From Mayamaea pseudoterrestris (lineage: Eukaryota): 64,000 bases of DNA. Shown here piece by piece: positions 21,313 through 33,628 of the stretch. Position 1 is the first letter of the stretch; each line of letters begins with the position of its first letter. The notes beneath the pieces are model-generated. The model was given only the letters and a program-made list of their open reading frames with translations. It did not search any database and was not told the origin of the DNA. The stretch lies in contig BROI01000017.1 of NCBI GenBank assembly GCA_027923505.1, positions 310,001-374,000 on the forward strand, read 5' to 3'. Made by a program: the position numbers and the translations under genes.

Positions 21313-22020
21313 ATGGCAGCCCTTGCGCAATCCAACAGGACACTCAGAATCTCAGCAGTGACTTTGCGGAGATCATCTAGCGTGATAGAGAGAATAAATG
21401 GATTTCATATTCGGTTCAGTTCGTCCGCGGGGTCACGCGTTGAACGACTCGGCGACCACCCCTACGGATCGCGACAATATCGGCTAGTCAATCGACAAGC
21501 GGAAACCGTCCTTGCGTCTATACATGCTCATCGCAACATCATATTCGGCGCCAGAGTTCATCAAGAAGGCTATTCGATGTCGAAAGCGTGTCAGACTCTT
21601 TTGATAGAAGCCGTTTTGGATGCTGGTTCCAATGGAGAGCAACCACAGTCAATGGCTGCCTTACACGGCCTTTGTGAATGGGTTGTTCAGCAGGGACTGG
21701 AACCTTCCAATTCAGCATCCAGCACGATTCAATCAATAACTGACAATATTCAGTTGGAAGCAGTGAAAGCCATTGCCACGAACACTCCTAGACCGGGACA
21801 TTCCGTCGTCGGACAAGGTACGCATCGCGATGCAGGCGATGCATGGGAGCATCTTGCTCGCGAGTTTGTCCAAAGCAAGGCTGCTACTGACAGTGACGAT
21901 GAATGTGTCTTGCACCAAAGAAATGGTGGACAACTTGTGGAGATTGAGCTCTTGGCCGACACGAAACCAGAGTATTTGCAGTCAGCGGGTGGAGCCATGG
22001 CAAGGTTCTTTCTCTTATAA
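21313..22020 (+). CDS. Hypothetical protein, possible mitochondrial presequence
   Basis: 235-aa ORF with an Arg/Ser-rich N-terminus, head-to-head with the peroxiredoxin. No family recognised. Confidence 0.65.
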   Translation: MAALAQSNRTLRISAVTLRRSSSVIERINGFHIRFSSSAGSRVERLGDHPYGSRQYRLVNRQAETVLASIHAHRNIIFGARVHQEGYSMSKACQTLLIEAVLDAGSNGEQPQSMAALHGLCEWVVQQGLEPSNSASSTIQSITDNIQLEAVKAIATNTPRPGHSVVGQGTHRDAGDAWEHLAREFVQSKAATDSDDECVLHQRNGGQLVEIELLADTKPEYLQSAGGAMARFFLL

Positions 22021-22093
22021 GCAATGACATGCTACTATATACAAACATTTTTTCTTCTATTACATCACTAAAAGGTTCTTTGACTTGCAAGTT

Positions 22094-23084
22094 TTATTCA
22101 AACTCGGCCTTTCTCGAATCTGGCTCCTCCGACGTGTTGTTTGTTCGTCTCTCCATGGCCGTCACAATGCTAATGAGACTCGTAGCTGCCAAAACTATTG
22201 ATCCCACTTCCAGAGGACCAAATGTACGTGCCGTGAATGCTCGCTGCATGAGCTTCACAACGTAGCTGTAAAACAAGCCCCCAACGTGTCGGCCGTAGCG
22301 CAAGCCTTGTCCCGACCCAGAACTCACGCCGCGATTGACAATGGATATCATCAGCAACAGACCCGAAAAAGCCAACCCCGCAATGCCAGTTCCCATGCGG
22401 CCTCCATCGTAGTGAAAGTATGTCCGACATGCAAGCATGTAAGCGAACCCAAGCATGCCAAAGACAAAGTGAGCGTTTGTTCCAAGCCATGGCACGTTAA
22501 AGTCGCGAATCAGCAGGTGCCTGCGACAAGCATGATGAGAGGCATTAGGCTTACATGTAACTTTTATAAGCTCCTTTAGCATGTACGTATTAGAACTTAC
22601 CATACACTTTCGGCTGGAGCAATTTGCATTTCCGTCAATTGGTTGACAGCCACCGTGGCCCACATGACACTAATGAGCTCCGACAAGAGACTCAGCATGG
22701 CTACAACCTGATATGACAGTCGAAGGCCTCGTTTAAAGCTGCCTTCTGGTTTTTCTTCATTCTTCATGGGCAGTGGATTGAGAAAACCAAGTGGCATGAG
22801 AGCTCCAGCTGTAAAGATGGGAAAGAATTATGAGTCGGACTCCATTGCGTCCAATGTCCACTTCACGCATGACTGAATCACTCACCTATAATTGAAGCAG
22901 GCGTCTTCATGTTGTTGAAAAGTGAAATGGCGTCGGGTCCGTACTGAGCCAATTGAAGCGTCGTCGAAGGTGAAGCTTTTGGCATGTTTCTCGTCGCACC
23001 CGTAAGAATGGCGCGTGGGGAAAACCCCGTCGACATGGACGCAAAGCAGCAGGAGATGACAACAGCGAGTAGACGACTCTTCAT
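22094..23084 (-). CDS. Multi-pass membrane protein, probably plastid-targeted, unknown function
   Basis: Presequence MKSRLLAVVISCCFASMSTG-FSP. Introns at 22885-22809 and 22600-22521 join three ORF pieces in frame (SII-AGALMP; ESV-WHLLIRD). Several hydrophobic helices. Confidence 0.75.
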
Positions 23085-23343
23085 GGCAAGCTACAGACAA
23101 CAATATAAGTTGTGCGCTCCATCTTAATCACGTTGATGCGTTTCTTTCGAATCCTTCGAAACTCGGCAAAATTTGAAAACCGGTACGACTTTTTGTCACT
23201 CTCGACAACCGATCGGGAACCCTCGAAGATGTTCTCGCGAAACGCGCTGGTGCAGCGTATTGCGCATGCAATCAATCCAGGCTTGCATCGTGGAGAGTCT
23301 AAATGATAGATACAATGGCTAGTAGTGTTGTGATTGAGTCAAT

Positions 23344-24348
23344 ATGACTGCTGAAAGTAAGACTGCGAGCGACAACGATGAGAATTCTGCTGCCGACAAA
23401 GAACACCGGGCTGATCGAAAGAATGACGACGATGAAAGCGACGAAGAGGACGATGAACATCGCAAAGACTTTGGAGCAGAAGCAGCCGGCGTCGTCCGGG
23501 GCGTCTCTCGATCCATTGGTCGTTCACTCGCTCGATCGCCCATTGGAAGGCTTCCGCAGTCGATTCCAACGGCAATCAAGCCATCCACGGCGCGACAAAT
23601 TGCAAGGATGACGGACCGCGTGTCAAGCGGCCTGACATGGTATGGTGCCTACGAGGAGTCGTCTCAGGCTGCGGTTGCACCTAAACCACGCCCATGGCTT
23701 CGACAAGCAAAGGCATTTGCCATGTCCTTGGCGAGACACTCTGTACTTGGAACGCTTGTGTTTGAGACCTACGGGAAAGTCGTGACTTCATATACATCGG
23801 GCAAGGATCCTGATGAAGTCGATTTACTGGATGAGTATGCGCGAGCTCCCGTTCCACTCCACTATGTGGCAGGTTTTGCCGCGGGAGGCGTGCAGGGAGC
23901 TCTAGTATCAAGTCCAGCGATGTGGGAAGCTGCCAAGGCTTATCGAAACGCTGGATTGCTAGCGTCGCCGCTACATACTCCCTCATATGCTACTAGATTT
24001 GTGTCATTGAACACGTTGAACCATTCGTTGGCGCAGTCGCTACTATTTGGAAGCTATCAGGGAACAAAGCGACTTTTTGAGAATGCCTTGTTGGATGACT
24101 CATCGCCATCGTTTGGTATTGGCTACCTTTTTTGCTTTTCCATGGCTGGTGGTTTCGCTGGCCAGATACAGCATGTGTTTTCGCACTATAGCGAGCAAGT
24201 TTTTGGCTTGTCGGAGAATGAAATGCGAGTTGCTCCCTCCATGATGTTTCGAGGTTTCATCCACCCTAGTTTACGGTCCACCATGATGGCATTTCCCTCC
24301 AGTGCGATTGGATTTCTAGCTTTTGAGTACGGAAAGAAGTTTTTGTAA
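23344..24348 (+). CDS. Divergent mitochondrial-carrier-like membrane protein
   Basis: Gly/Ala-rich helices (VAGFAAGGVQG, MAGGFAG) alternate with LVFETY, LLFGSYQGTKRLF and AFPSSAIGFLAFEYGKKFL, which resemble carrier even-numbered helices. Canonical Px[DE]xx[KR] motifs are not evident. Confidence 0.55.
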   Translation: MTAESKTASDNDENSAADKEHRADRKNDDDESDEEDDEHRKDFGAEAAGVVRGVSRSIGRSLARSPIGRLPQSIPTAIKPSTARQIARMTDRVSSGLTWYGAYEESSQAAVAPKPRPWLRQAKAFAMSLARHSVLGTLVFETYGKVVTSYTSGKDPDEVDLLDEYARAPVPLHYVAGFAAGGVQGALVSSPAMWEAAKAYRNAGLLASPLHTPSYATRFVSLNTLNHSLAQSLLFGSYQGTKRLFENALLDDSSPSFGIGYLFCFSMAGGFAGQIQHVFSHYSEQVFGLSENEMRVAPSMMFRGFIHPSLRSTMMAFPSSAIGFLAFEYGKKFL

Positions 24349-25034
24349 CACATTTACTCTGGCGAAGAAGGCACATGGGGGACGAAGCAGACGGGCAATG
24401 GACATTGATAAAGTATGCGCCCAATGCGCTTTCAGCTATGACTAGCTACTGTAAGTAAGAAATATTTGCAGAGAAAGCTTGTAGTAGCTTGTTACTCCTC
24501 GCAATGCCGGATAATTCATTAATCGTACGGTAGGAGTAGCTGACCTTCCACATACATGGTTGATCGAAAGACGAGCTGCATTGCACGGCCAAGGAACAAT
24601 GACCGCGACATTCCGACCAGCTGTTTGGGCGAGCTCGACCAGCCGAATTTAGCCTTCCGCGATTTACTATAAGCGATAAAGTATGCTGAACTTTCGAATC
24701 GACGTGGCGCGCCACAGGATACAGTGACGTACGCGTTAGTATTCCTTGGCGTCGCTAATGGATGGATATTGATCATAAATCTATGCAAAATTCCGATTTC
24801 GAGCGCCTGAGAGCAGCGACTGGCCACCATCAGCCACGCGCCGCGATGATCCACAAAACGCTTGCGTTGCCATCACTTAGTGTTGCAAGCCGACACTGCA
24901 ACTGCAAACCAACGACTCGTATTGTCTTCTGCTCCAGGGACACAGCCCAGCCACACGTCCATAGATCAGGAAAGCTAGCTACGCTATCAATCATTGATAC
25001 AAGAGTGAATCGCCTTTGCTACAAGAGATTGATC

Positions 25035-25541
25035 ATGTCCGCCGCCGTCCGAAAAATACTACTGCTCGCCGCCTTGATCGCCGCTACCGTTTCAGCCTTT
25101 GGTCCAATGGGTATGAGTCAGCGAGCAAGCAGCAGCTGCACTTCATCATCAAGTTCGCTATGGGGCATGCCGACAAGAGCATCCACTGAGATGTCAGGCC
25201 CTGCCATTCTCGACCGGCCGTCCACGTTGGAACGTCCGGCCGTCGAGACGGACCGCACCCTGGAACGCAATCCAACCAAGGAGCGTAAAGGCATGGGCGG
25301 CGAAGCTTGGGAGGTTCGCATCTACAACGACGGCCTCAACACGCGCGAGCATGTTGCGCGGTCTCTGGTGCAAATCACGGGCAAGACTGAGATGGAAGCC
25401 TACCAAACCATGATGCAGGCGCATCAAAATGGAATTGCTGTCGTCGGACGATGGGTCTATGAAGTTGCTGAGATGTATGCTGAAGGCCTTAAAAAGAATG
25501 GTATTGTTGCCGACATGGTTCCTGTCGACGAAGAGAAGTAA
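25035..25541 (+). CDS. clpS: Plastid ATP-dependent Clp protease adaptor ClpS
   Basis: Presequence ends ATVSA-FGP. ClpS core: VRIYNDGLNTREHVARSL..AYQTMMQAHQNGIAVV..EVAEMY. Confidence 0.88.
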   Translation: MSAAVRKILLLAALIAATVSAFGPMGMSQRASSSCTSSSSSLWGMPTRASTEMSGPAILDRPSTLERPAVETDRTLERNPTKERKGMGGEAWEVRIYNDGLNTREHVARSLVQITGKTEMEAYQTMMQAHQNGIAVVGRWVYEVAEMYAEGLKKNGIVADMVPVDEEK

Positions 25542-26062
25542 AAGACGCCGGCGGTGCGATCTGCGCAGTCACAATTCAGTTTGGGACGCTATGACCGCCA
25601 GCTAATGGTTTTTGCTCTTTCTCTTGCCCGCCCGCCCACAATGTTGTCCACTGATAATGTGGAAGAAACCGTTTGGTGCGGCTTGTACAATACAAATCAC
25701 TACTTTTGTGCACGTGGGACACCACTTGTACACTGCTACATAATAATGCCAGACCTGGCTAAGTAACCCTAATTACAGATAATTTAACAACATGGGCGTC
25801 TGTTTATGATCTTGCAAATGGAAGGCATGTAGTGGGGATGTCGAAAGTTTAATTCCATTTAGCTGGCAGATTTGTTTCATACAGTTCATTGGTTGCATTG
25901 GTGTGGACTATCGCATCGCGGTACTTGTACCGGTAGGCATGCAAGAGGCTTATGTCCGGTCATAACTGGTGCGACACGGTCGAATTGACGACTGCAGTCA
26001 ATCTCGCGTTACATTACTGTACCTACCAACCTACCTATCCAACTACTCCTTTCTCTTTTACC

Positions 26063-26839
26063 ATGTCGAAGCGACTCAATAGTTCGGGCGAAAGTTCCGC
26101 GTGGACGCCACCAGCTTGGCTGTTTCCTGAAAATTCGTCGGTTCCTTCCACCGAAACAGTCGGTGCTGGGGGAAGACGCAACATGAACCATCCTTACTTG
26201 TCGGTGTCTATTCCGCCAGTACCACTAAAAGTCCGCAAGGCAATAGAAGCGAAACTTTCCGGTCAAGGTCAATATTTTCATGAGAAGAAGCATATTAACC
26301 AGCTCATGGCAAAACTTGCCGACCATCGCCACAAGCTTGCTGCTATGCAAGACAAGGTTTCAGAACTAGAAGCTCAGAAGGAACGCGGCCTCCGTGATAT
26401 TCGCGTCATGCAAGAGGAAAAGACGCAAAAGGCTCTCGAACAGATCGAGGCGGACATGCGAAAGCAGTTCTACGACGACCGCGAGCGCAAGGAGCAAACG
26501 TGGAAACGAGCGTTGCAGGACGAATTCGATGGACGGAAGCGACAACGATTGCAACAATACAAGACGGAAGATGCAGAAGCTGCACAGAAACGAATAGAGA
26601 GTGAGGCACGTATATTAGATGCTGTGGAAGCGTCGGACGCAGTCAAGGCCATTCGGAGTCAAGCTGCTACAAAGCGCGCTCAATGGCAAGCCCTTCAGCA
26701 AGAGCTCGAAACCTTGCAAGAGACAAAGTCTGAGATTGTGTGGTTGCTCAAGCAAGTCATCAAGGCAGAAGAGAAGAATAAAGCCAAGAAGGATGCGACT
26801 GTTTTGCCCGCAAAGCTAACTGTTCCAAAGCAAGCGTAG
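26063..26839 (+). CDS. Coiled-coil hypothetical protein
   Basis: E/K/Q/R-rich helical ORF. No family recognised. Confidence 0.7.
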   Translation: MSKRLNSSGESSAWTPPAWLFPENSSVPSTETVGAGGRRNMNHPYLSVSIPPVPLKVRKAIEAKLSGQGQYFHEKKHINQLMAKLADHRHKLAAMQDKVSELEAQKERGLRDIRVMQEEKTQKALEQIEADMRKQFYDDRERKEQTWKRALQDEFDGRKRQRLQQYKTEDAEAAQKRIESEARILDAVEASDAVKAIRSQAATKRAQWQALQQELETLQETKSEIVWLLKQVIKAEEKNKAKKDATVLPAKLTVPKQA

Positions 26840-26974
26840 TTGGTAAGCACTGCAAATATACAGATGGGGCTATCGTTTTTGAGCCGAACTAATTCATTAA
26901 GAAACTGATGTATGTCACTTCTTTCATTCATTACTAGTAAGATCGTAGCCACAAGTTTGGTATGCCTGGCCCTT

Positions 26975-29170
26975 CTAATAGCGACCACGTCCGCCACGAA
27001 AGCCTCCCCGCCCACCGCGATACCCTCCACGGTCGTCCCAGCGTCCCCTGCCTTCGAAACGACCACCACCTCTGCCTCCACCGCGATCAAAGTATTGTCC
27101 TCCACCACGATACGGCGGCGGAGGAGCGGGTCCACGGCTGCCGTAATCATCACGATGGTGAGGCGGGTCATCGATCGACTCTGAGCGGGTGCGTTTCGAT
27201 CCACGGTCGTCGCGGGGGTCGTAGTGCTGTGCAGGTGGAGAAATTAACCAATGTGTGAGCTGAAAACTAGTAACGATTTTTAACTAATTATAGCAGGTTT
27301 ATTGGCTACAGTACAGTCGCTACAAGATAGTCCAGTAGGCTGACAAGCAAGTTTACGGAGGCGGTCAACACAACATTGCTCAACACACGACAAACGGAAG
27401 ACGTACCTGGTGCTGCGGAGGAAAATCTCCATATCGCCCTCTTCCGCCAAAACGACCTCCTCGGTCGCCTCTTCCTCCATGATAAGATCGATCGTTGAAA
27501 CGACCGTCGAATCCACGAGCACCCATACCCGTAGGCGACTGATGGTGATTAATGATGTTATTTCCATAGTTAGCAACACTACGATCCATACCTGCTCCAC
27601 CTGCAGGACCCATTTGGTAGCCAACGGGAGGGCCACGACGCCGATGCGGCTCACGTCGTGGATTTGTATCCGTCGTAGACTCGGACGGACTACGCTGACG
27701 ACTAGCGGCGGGCGACGGTTCGGCTTCAGGCTGAGCCACATTCTTTGGGCTGCTGTCCGTCTTCTCCACTAGCACAGCCGTTTTCATTAGAGCTTCTTTC
27801 GCTGACGCATCCTCTACCTCGTCGCTTTTTGGCTCGGTAATATTCGCCACAGGCTCAACAGACTTTGATTTCGGAACAAGAACTTCTTCCTCTTGTTCAT
27901 TCGGTGCAGCAGCAAACACATCGCCACCGAAGCCAAGATCGTCGCCACCAGACAAACCTTCGTCGTTAGCTCTAACAGGAGCAGTTCTACGAGAAACCAA
28001 GACGCCCTTCTCCGCTGTTTCGCCGTCAAGAATCTTGCCCTCAATGCCATGTTCGTCTCCAACAAGATCATCGTCGTCCGGAAGCTCTTCAATCTCTTCA
28101 ATTTTAGCCATGACTTCGTTAATAAACGACTGTGCCGCCTTGCGCAGCGCATGGTTGGGAAGCAAGTCATCTGGGCTTACTCCTTCCTGTCCCGTCAAGG
28201 GACAACGAAACCCGCTCTTGGTCAATGCGTCACGAATACAAAAATCACACGTCGTTCGTCCCTCCGTATCCCAAGGCAGCATCATAGCGTCACGGACGAC
28301 ACTGTGACAGATAGCACACAAAAGATACTCAGGTATAGTTGTAGAGGTTAGCTTTAAAGCATAATCCAAGTCCTTTCGCCCACCAGTCGCTAGCTCGGAG
28401 AGGCCGCCACCTCGATTGAGAAGTTCCTTAAAGCCACTAACATTTGGCTGCAGTAGCGGGACATTTGGGTCTCCATCTCCGGTTCCGTCTGGTGCCGCCG
28501 ATAGGTTCAAAAATGTGCGCGGAATCCCAGTGGCGCGCTTCTTTGGCATCAACTGCTTTTCTTGTTCGCGCAGCTCAGGATCAGCGTTAGGACGTTGCTG
28601 CTGCTGTCGCACACCAGCACCATGATTGTTAAATCGCGGAGGCGGAGGACCACTGCCAGCAATGGCTGTTTGACGCATTCCAGCGCGCGCCATCGTCATG
28701 GGGATGACCGCAGTACCGGCCGCTTCCGTCGCTGCACGAAGCGCGGCCAATTCCTTATCTTCGACACTTGTTGAAGAAACGAATTCCTCATCTTCATCTT
28801 GTCCGCGACCATCAATCGTATAAAAGTTGTCTGGAGCAGCTCCGGATGCAGCTGCGCCACTAGCGGCGGATCCAGCAAACCCAGTCATTTGCGCTCGGGC
28901 TACTCGGGCCAAGAATCCCTGCCCCTTGGCTGCTGGTAATCGCTGCACAACGACGCGCGTCCCTCGCGGCAGCAGCATACTCTCATCCGTGTAGTCTTCA
29001 TTCGTCGTGGCATCCTTGACGGCAAGATCAAACTCAATCGACCCTTGGTCCAACTTCTTGGCGGCGACAATGGCCTTTTTCACATCAAGCAAGCGCGCGG
29101 ATGTACCAGGCAAACTGAGAGCTTCAAAATTGGTTCCCGAGCGAAATTTATAAAGAATCGTCGATGACAT
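26975..29170 (-). CDS. RBBP6: RBBP6/Mpe1-like protein (DWNN ubiquitin-like domain, RING-like domain, RGG tail)
   Basis: N-terminus MSSTILYKFRS..LLPRGTRVVVQRLP is a DWNN domain. Further motifs KRATGIPRTFL and LLCAIC..CDFCIR..CP. An intron at 27406-27227 adds an RGG-rich last exon ending GGRGRY-stop at 26975. Confidence 0.88.
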
Positions 29171-29831
29171 GGTCGTTTATTAATTGTATTGATTAAAGTA
29201 AAATTGCGACAGTATTTCAAGGCGTGTGCAGTCAGTCGGCGTCACGCAATGAGCCTTAATAATATGTGATCGCGCGAAAATATTTGCTTCCAACTATACG
29301 ACTCAACAAGCGATGTGCCTGGCTTCTTGCTCTTGATAAAACAGAACACGGTAGCAGCGCAAGCGAAGAAGCGGTGACTGGTTGTAAAACGACTAACTAA
29401 ACTTTCCGGTTTAAATTCACCACGTCAAAGCTTATCCACTTCCGATCTACACAAAGTTTTTGAGGTATAAACAATACTCTGGCACGTATAAAGGTCTGCA
29501 GGAGTATGAGAAGAAACAACAGCGAAACGTGAGTGCTCATGCGCTCCATGCTCATTGTGAAACCTGTGGCTCACGGACGAAGCAAAAAGATCCTGAAAAC
29601 TAGTCATGAAGGCAATAATAGACTTAAAATACCAGTGAATACTAGTCATTTTTGGCAATACTAACTTGTCTGGGAATGAAAAGACTACATGGTTTCCTAT
29701 AGTAAGTCAATCATTCCAGCGACCGTCGCGCACGGGAACGTCTTCCTGTTGTCACCATGGCGCACCACAATCGAACCTTGTCAAGCAGAAACTTGTCGAA
29801 TCTCTTTAAACCATACTACAGTAATACATAT

Positions 29832-30356
29832 ATGCGCTGGCTATCTCCCATTGTACGTTCCTCATCATTTCTGAGTGCACTTAGAATGTCATCAGCAGCA
29901 GCGCGTGAGTTTGAGGATTCCGAAACGATGAAAAGGATTCTTTCGTCGACTCGTACCATAGCCTTGGTGGGTGCCTCGCCCAAGCCGGAAAGACCCTCTC
30001 ATCAAGTTATGAACTACTTGATGCAAAAGGGGTATACTGTCTATCCAGTCAATCCTGGTTTGGCTGGCAAGGAAATTTTGGGCCGAACCGTCTATGCCAA
30101 CTTGGTTGACGTTCCAAAACCAGTCGACATGGTTGACGTATTCCGCAACAGCGCCGATGCGGCAGGAGTCGTGGATGATGCCATATCTGTCGAGGCCAAG
30201 AGTGTTTGGATGCAGATTAGTGTCATCAATGAGGAAGCGGCAAAAAAGGCGCATCAAGCAGGTTTGATGGTCGTCATGAACCGGTGCCCCAAGATTGAGA
30301 TTCCGAGACTGGATATTAAAGTGCTTGGATCGGACAATGCATCGTCGTCTTTGTAA
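29832..30356 (+). CDS. CoA-binding domain protein (YccU-like)
   Basis: Motifs [32 protein letters not shown] and [10 protein letters not shown]. Confidence 0.9.
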   Translation: MRWLSPIVRSSSFLSALRMSSAAAREFEDSETMKRILSSTRTIALVGASPKPERPSHQVMNYLMQKGYTVYPVNPGLAGKEILGRTVYANLVDVPKPVDMVDVFRNSADAAGVVDDAISVEAKSVWMQISVINEEAAKKAHQAGLMVVMNRCPKIEIPRLDIKVLGSDNASSSL

Positions 30357-30487
30357 AGCTACTTAAAGGTCTGTCATATCATTTTGTAATAAACGAACTT
30401 GCATGCTTCATACTTGACAGGCCTATTACTTTCTAATTAATGTGATTAGTGAATGCACGATGTATACAACAGGTATCTTAGCTGACC

Positions 30488-32053
30488 CTACATGGTACCC
30501 GCAAAATTGGCAGCATCCTTACCATGACTATCCATTTGGTCTGCCTTGCGCTTCGCCATGGGCCATTTGCTCGTAATCTTTACTCGATGCGAAAAGAATT
30601 CAATTCCACCATCGCCTGTAATATCACTATCCCCATACTTGCTCATTGTGTCATATCTGCCCCCGAACGAAAAGGGCTCTCGAGGCACTGGAATGCCAAT
30701 GTTTATGCCAAGCATGCCAGCGCGGAAGCGATCCGTGAACCAGTCGGCATGCGCTCCACAGCTCGTGTAGATGGATGCTGCATTGCCAAACGGATTGGCG
30801 TTTTCAATCTCCACAGCCTCTTCCCATGACTTGCAGTTGTAAATGCTAAGAACGGGTCCAAACACTTCTTCCTTCATTGTCTTGTCTTTAGAAGACGAAT
30901 GCAAAATTATAGTTGGTCCAATCCAGTGACCATTGCCGGGTTGTTCCCAACTGCGTCCATCCAAAAGCAGTTCCGCTCCATCGTTCTCCACCGCATCCTT
31001 AATGTACCTATGAATCTTCATGTACGAAGCTTCGTCAATGACTGGTCCCATTTCTCCCGGTCCAGAGCCTGGTTTAATCTTCGTCGCGCAGTCCACAATG
31101 GCTTGAATCAATGATGGCTCAGTCTCGTTGCCATTGCTACCATCATTGACGTGCAGCAGTACACTGGCTGCCATACATCGCTGGCCTGCGCATCCGGCGA
31201 ATGATACAGTGATATCAGACGCTGCCGTGGAAACATCACAGTCGCTCAACGCGACCAAATGGTTCTTGGCGCCTCCCAAAGCAATGCAGCGCTTGTGCAG
31301 CCTGTTGCATTCCTCCTTGATGATTCGCGCCACTGGACTTGATCCGACAAACGTGACCGCCTTGACGTTTGGGTGGCGCATCAAGGCCTGCACCGGCGCT
31401 GCCGCACCTTGCACGAGTTGCACGACGCCCGACGGAACGCCGGCTTGCGTCAAGAGTTGCATTGCGCGGTGCATGGTCAAGGGCACCTTTTCGCTCGGCT
31501 TGAGCACGACGCAGTTTCCCATGACCAAGGCGATTGGCAGCGTCCACATTGGCACCATGAACGGAAAGTTAAAGGGCACAATGCTTGCAACCACACCAAG
31601 TGGACGTCGATCGTCCCGACAGTACACCCCGCCCGAGCTCACTTGCATCAATCTGCCAGCCGCCAGTTGCGGCAAACTGCAGGCATACTCGACAGTTTCG
31701 TTTCCCTTGGCGACATCCGCCAATGCTTCAGTGATATTCTTGCCATTTTCTTTGACAATCAATTGCGCTAGCTCGTTGGCGTGCTCCTGGACGAGAGCGT
31801 GGAATTTGAGCATGATTGCAGCCCGCGTTTTGATGGTAAGCTTGCTCCATGACGCAAATGCTGTTTGAGCGGCAGCGACGGCCTTGTCGACATCTGTTTC
31901 GTTGGATAGAGCAACCTTGGCAATCACCGCGCCATCGGCCGGATTGTGAACGTTCATGTACTCCTTGGTGGACGGAGGTACGAACGTGCCAGAAATGTAG
32001 TTGTCAATCGTGACAACATTCGACTCCGTTTTGGCATGGCATCTTTCGCTCAT
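30488..32053 (-). CDS. mmsA: Methylmalonate/malonate-semialdehyde dehydrogenase (acylating), ALDH6 family
   Basis: Motifs PFNFP, LKPSE, FVGSS, LGGAKNH, AGQRCMA, EEVFGPV and GINIGIPVP. Confidence 0.92.
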   Translation of the reverse strand: MSERCHAKTESNVVTIDNYISGTFVPPSTKEYMNVHNPADGAVIAKVALSNETDVDKAVAAAQTAFASWSKLTIKTRAAIMLKFHALVQEHANELAQLIVKENGKNITEALADVAKGNETVEYACSLPQLAAGRLMQVSSGGVYCRDDRRPLGVVASIVPFNFPFMVPMWTLPIALVMGNCVVLKPSEKVPLTMHRAMQLLTQAGVPSGVVQLVQGAAAPVQALMRHPNVKAVTFVGSSPVARIIKEECNRLHKRCIALGGAKNHLVALSDCDVSTAASDITVSFAGCAGQRCMAASVLLHVNDGSNGNETEPSLIQAIVDCATKIKPGSGPGEMGPVIDEASYMKIHRYIKDAVENDGAELLLDGRSWEQPGNGHWIGPTIILHSSSKDKTMKEEVFGPVLSIYNCKSWEEAVEIENANPFGNAASIYTSCGAHADWFTDRFRAGMLGINIGIPVPREPFSFGGRYDTMSKYGDSDITGDGGIEFFSHRVKITSKWPMAKRKADQMDSHGKDAANFAGTM

Positions 32054-32191
32054 ATTGAATATTTCGACTTTATGAGAAATATGCTTTGCATTTATAGCTA
32101 TGGTGTATCCTGCTTGTACTGTAATGCGAGCAAGAACGGATCCGTATTTTGTGTGTCGTTCCATCATGGCGAGGTTCTTCCGCGCGTCAAA

Positions 32192-32203
32192 AATGACGTC
32201 ATT
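32192..32203. promoter_or_regulatory. Palindromic CRE-like bZIP site in a divergent intergenic region
   Basis: AATGACGTCATT, a perfect 12-bp palindrome between the head-to-head genes starting at 32053 and 32486. Confidence 0.35.
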
Positions 32204-32485
32204 CTATGTCGCATCGGTTCGCAAATAAACTTGCGTCTGACCGTCTCCCGTCAACGAACTTCGGTGAGCGTCGACACGCCCACTCGCTGCGGCATCATCA
32301 TCACAATGGGATTGGACCGGCTGCTGCTGCGTTAATATATATTAACAATCCACGACGGACGAGCCGTAGCGAAGAGGAGACTTACGATTACTTTATAAAC
32401 TCATTGGTACTCGCCCAACGGTAGAAGAGATTAACGATATTTACAGAGCTCAAATACAGCAAAACACTTTTATTTTCTTCAAGAC

Positions 32486-33454
32486 ATGCCGCCAATAAAT
32501 ACAATTACGGTAGCGCCATCGCCAAAGCGCTTTCAGGAGACGGTTCGTCGCACCATGGACGACCTAATGAAATCTCATGGTTTTGACCGGGCGACTGCCA
32601 CAGACGCTTTGGTGACGGCCATGTCGGCCGCGTGGGTGGTGCCAGTGCCGACGGAAGCGGAGGTATGATTATATAACTTGATGGCCTTTGACCGACTGCT
32701 TGTCTTGCATTTCACATGGAATAATACACGCTCACGCCATTTTTTGTTCCTTCAGGTTTACGCTTTGGTAAATTCGGTTGGAATTGGATCGTTGGAAGCC
32801 AAGGCGGCGCTCATGGTTGCTGCCACGCTCGACGAAATTATGCGGCAAGAATCACTTTCGTTGCCAAAGGCGCTGGTTTTGATTACCAAACGAATGACGA
32901 CCAAGCATGTATTGGAGCATTTAACGGAGCGACAAGGGGGCAAGGAAGCTGTAGATATTAAAATGGCTGCGCCTGTTGCAACTGCGAGTGGCAAAGCTGC
33001 ATTGTCTAGTACAATGTCGTCTGCAGGTATTGATACAGACAACATGATGGAATCGTTCGACAGTAATACGAGTTTGTCTGAGCAGAATTCAATGATGGCA
33101 TCAAAATTATCAAAGCAACCTCTTTTGGTGCATAGGACTGCAGCAAGTGCGAGAAAGACTCGCACGCGGCAAGCGAACGTTGACAAGGCCGCATCGGCCG
33201 CCCAGACTACGGATAATATAACGACTCGCTCACGGGCGGATTCCATCGATCTTCAAGTGCATGACAAGCTCGAGACGGCAGGAGCGAGTACGGCGAGTGA
33301 GGACTCTAGTTCGTCCGTGGTTGCCGCCGCACCGACCACGACGCGAAGCAGCAAGCGTTTGCGCGCGGAGGAAGCGTCCGGCAGCGGGACGGCGGCAAAT
33401 ACTGCAACGCTTGCTACATTGGCAACGAACAAGCGCCCGCGTCGGGGTCGGTGA
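32486..33454 (+). CDS. Hypothetical protein with a helical N-terminus and a basic, NLS-like C-terminus
   Basis: An intron at 32663-32755 (GTATGA..TTCAG) joins ORFs 32486 and 32678 in frame. Ends NKRPRRGR. Confidence 0.65.
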
Positions 33455-33628
33455 GGTTAGTTGGTGAGGTTACAGTTCTTGATCATGGCTGATTTAAAAA
33501 AAGTTTTGGCGGATGTTTGGCGAGGACGTTTGTCGGATTTTGATGAAGAACTTTACGTAACAATATCCTTCGTGGCTCTTAAGCGCTTACAAAAAAAAAA
33601 GATAAACATATATACACATCTTCCGTCG

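Noticed and set aside
29425..29700. Short ORFs and a TACTAAC..TAG branch/acceptor-like signal in the gap between RBBP6 and the CoA-binding gene
   Set aside because: No coherent gene model or recognisable protein could be built.
15807..32053. Inositol catabolism cluster (Gfo/Idh/MocA dehydrogenase plus IolA-like MMSDH)
   Set aside because: The genes are about 13 kb apart with many unrelated genes between them, and the oxidoreductase substrate is unknown.
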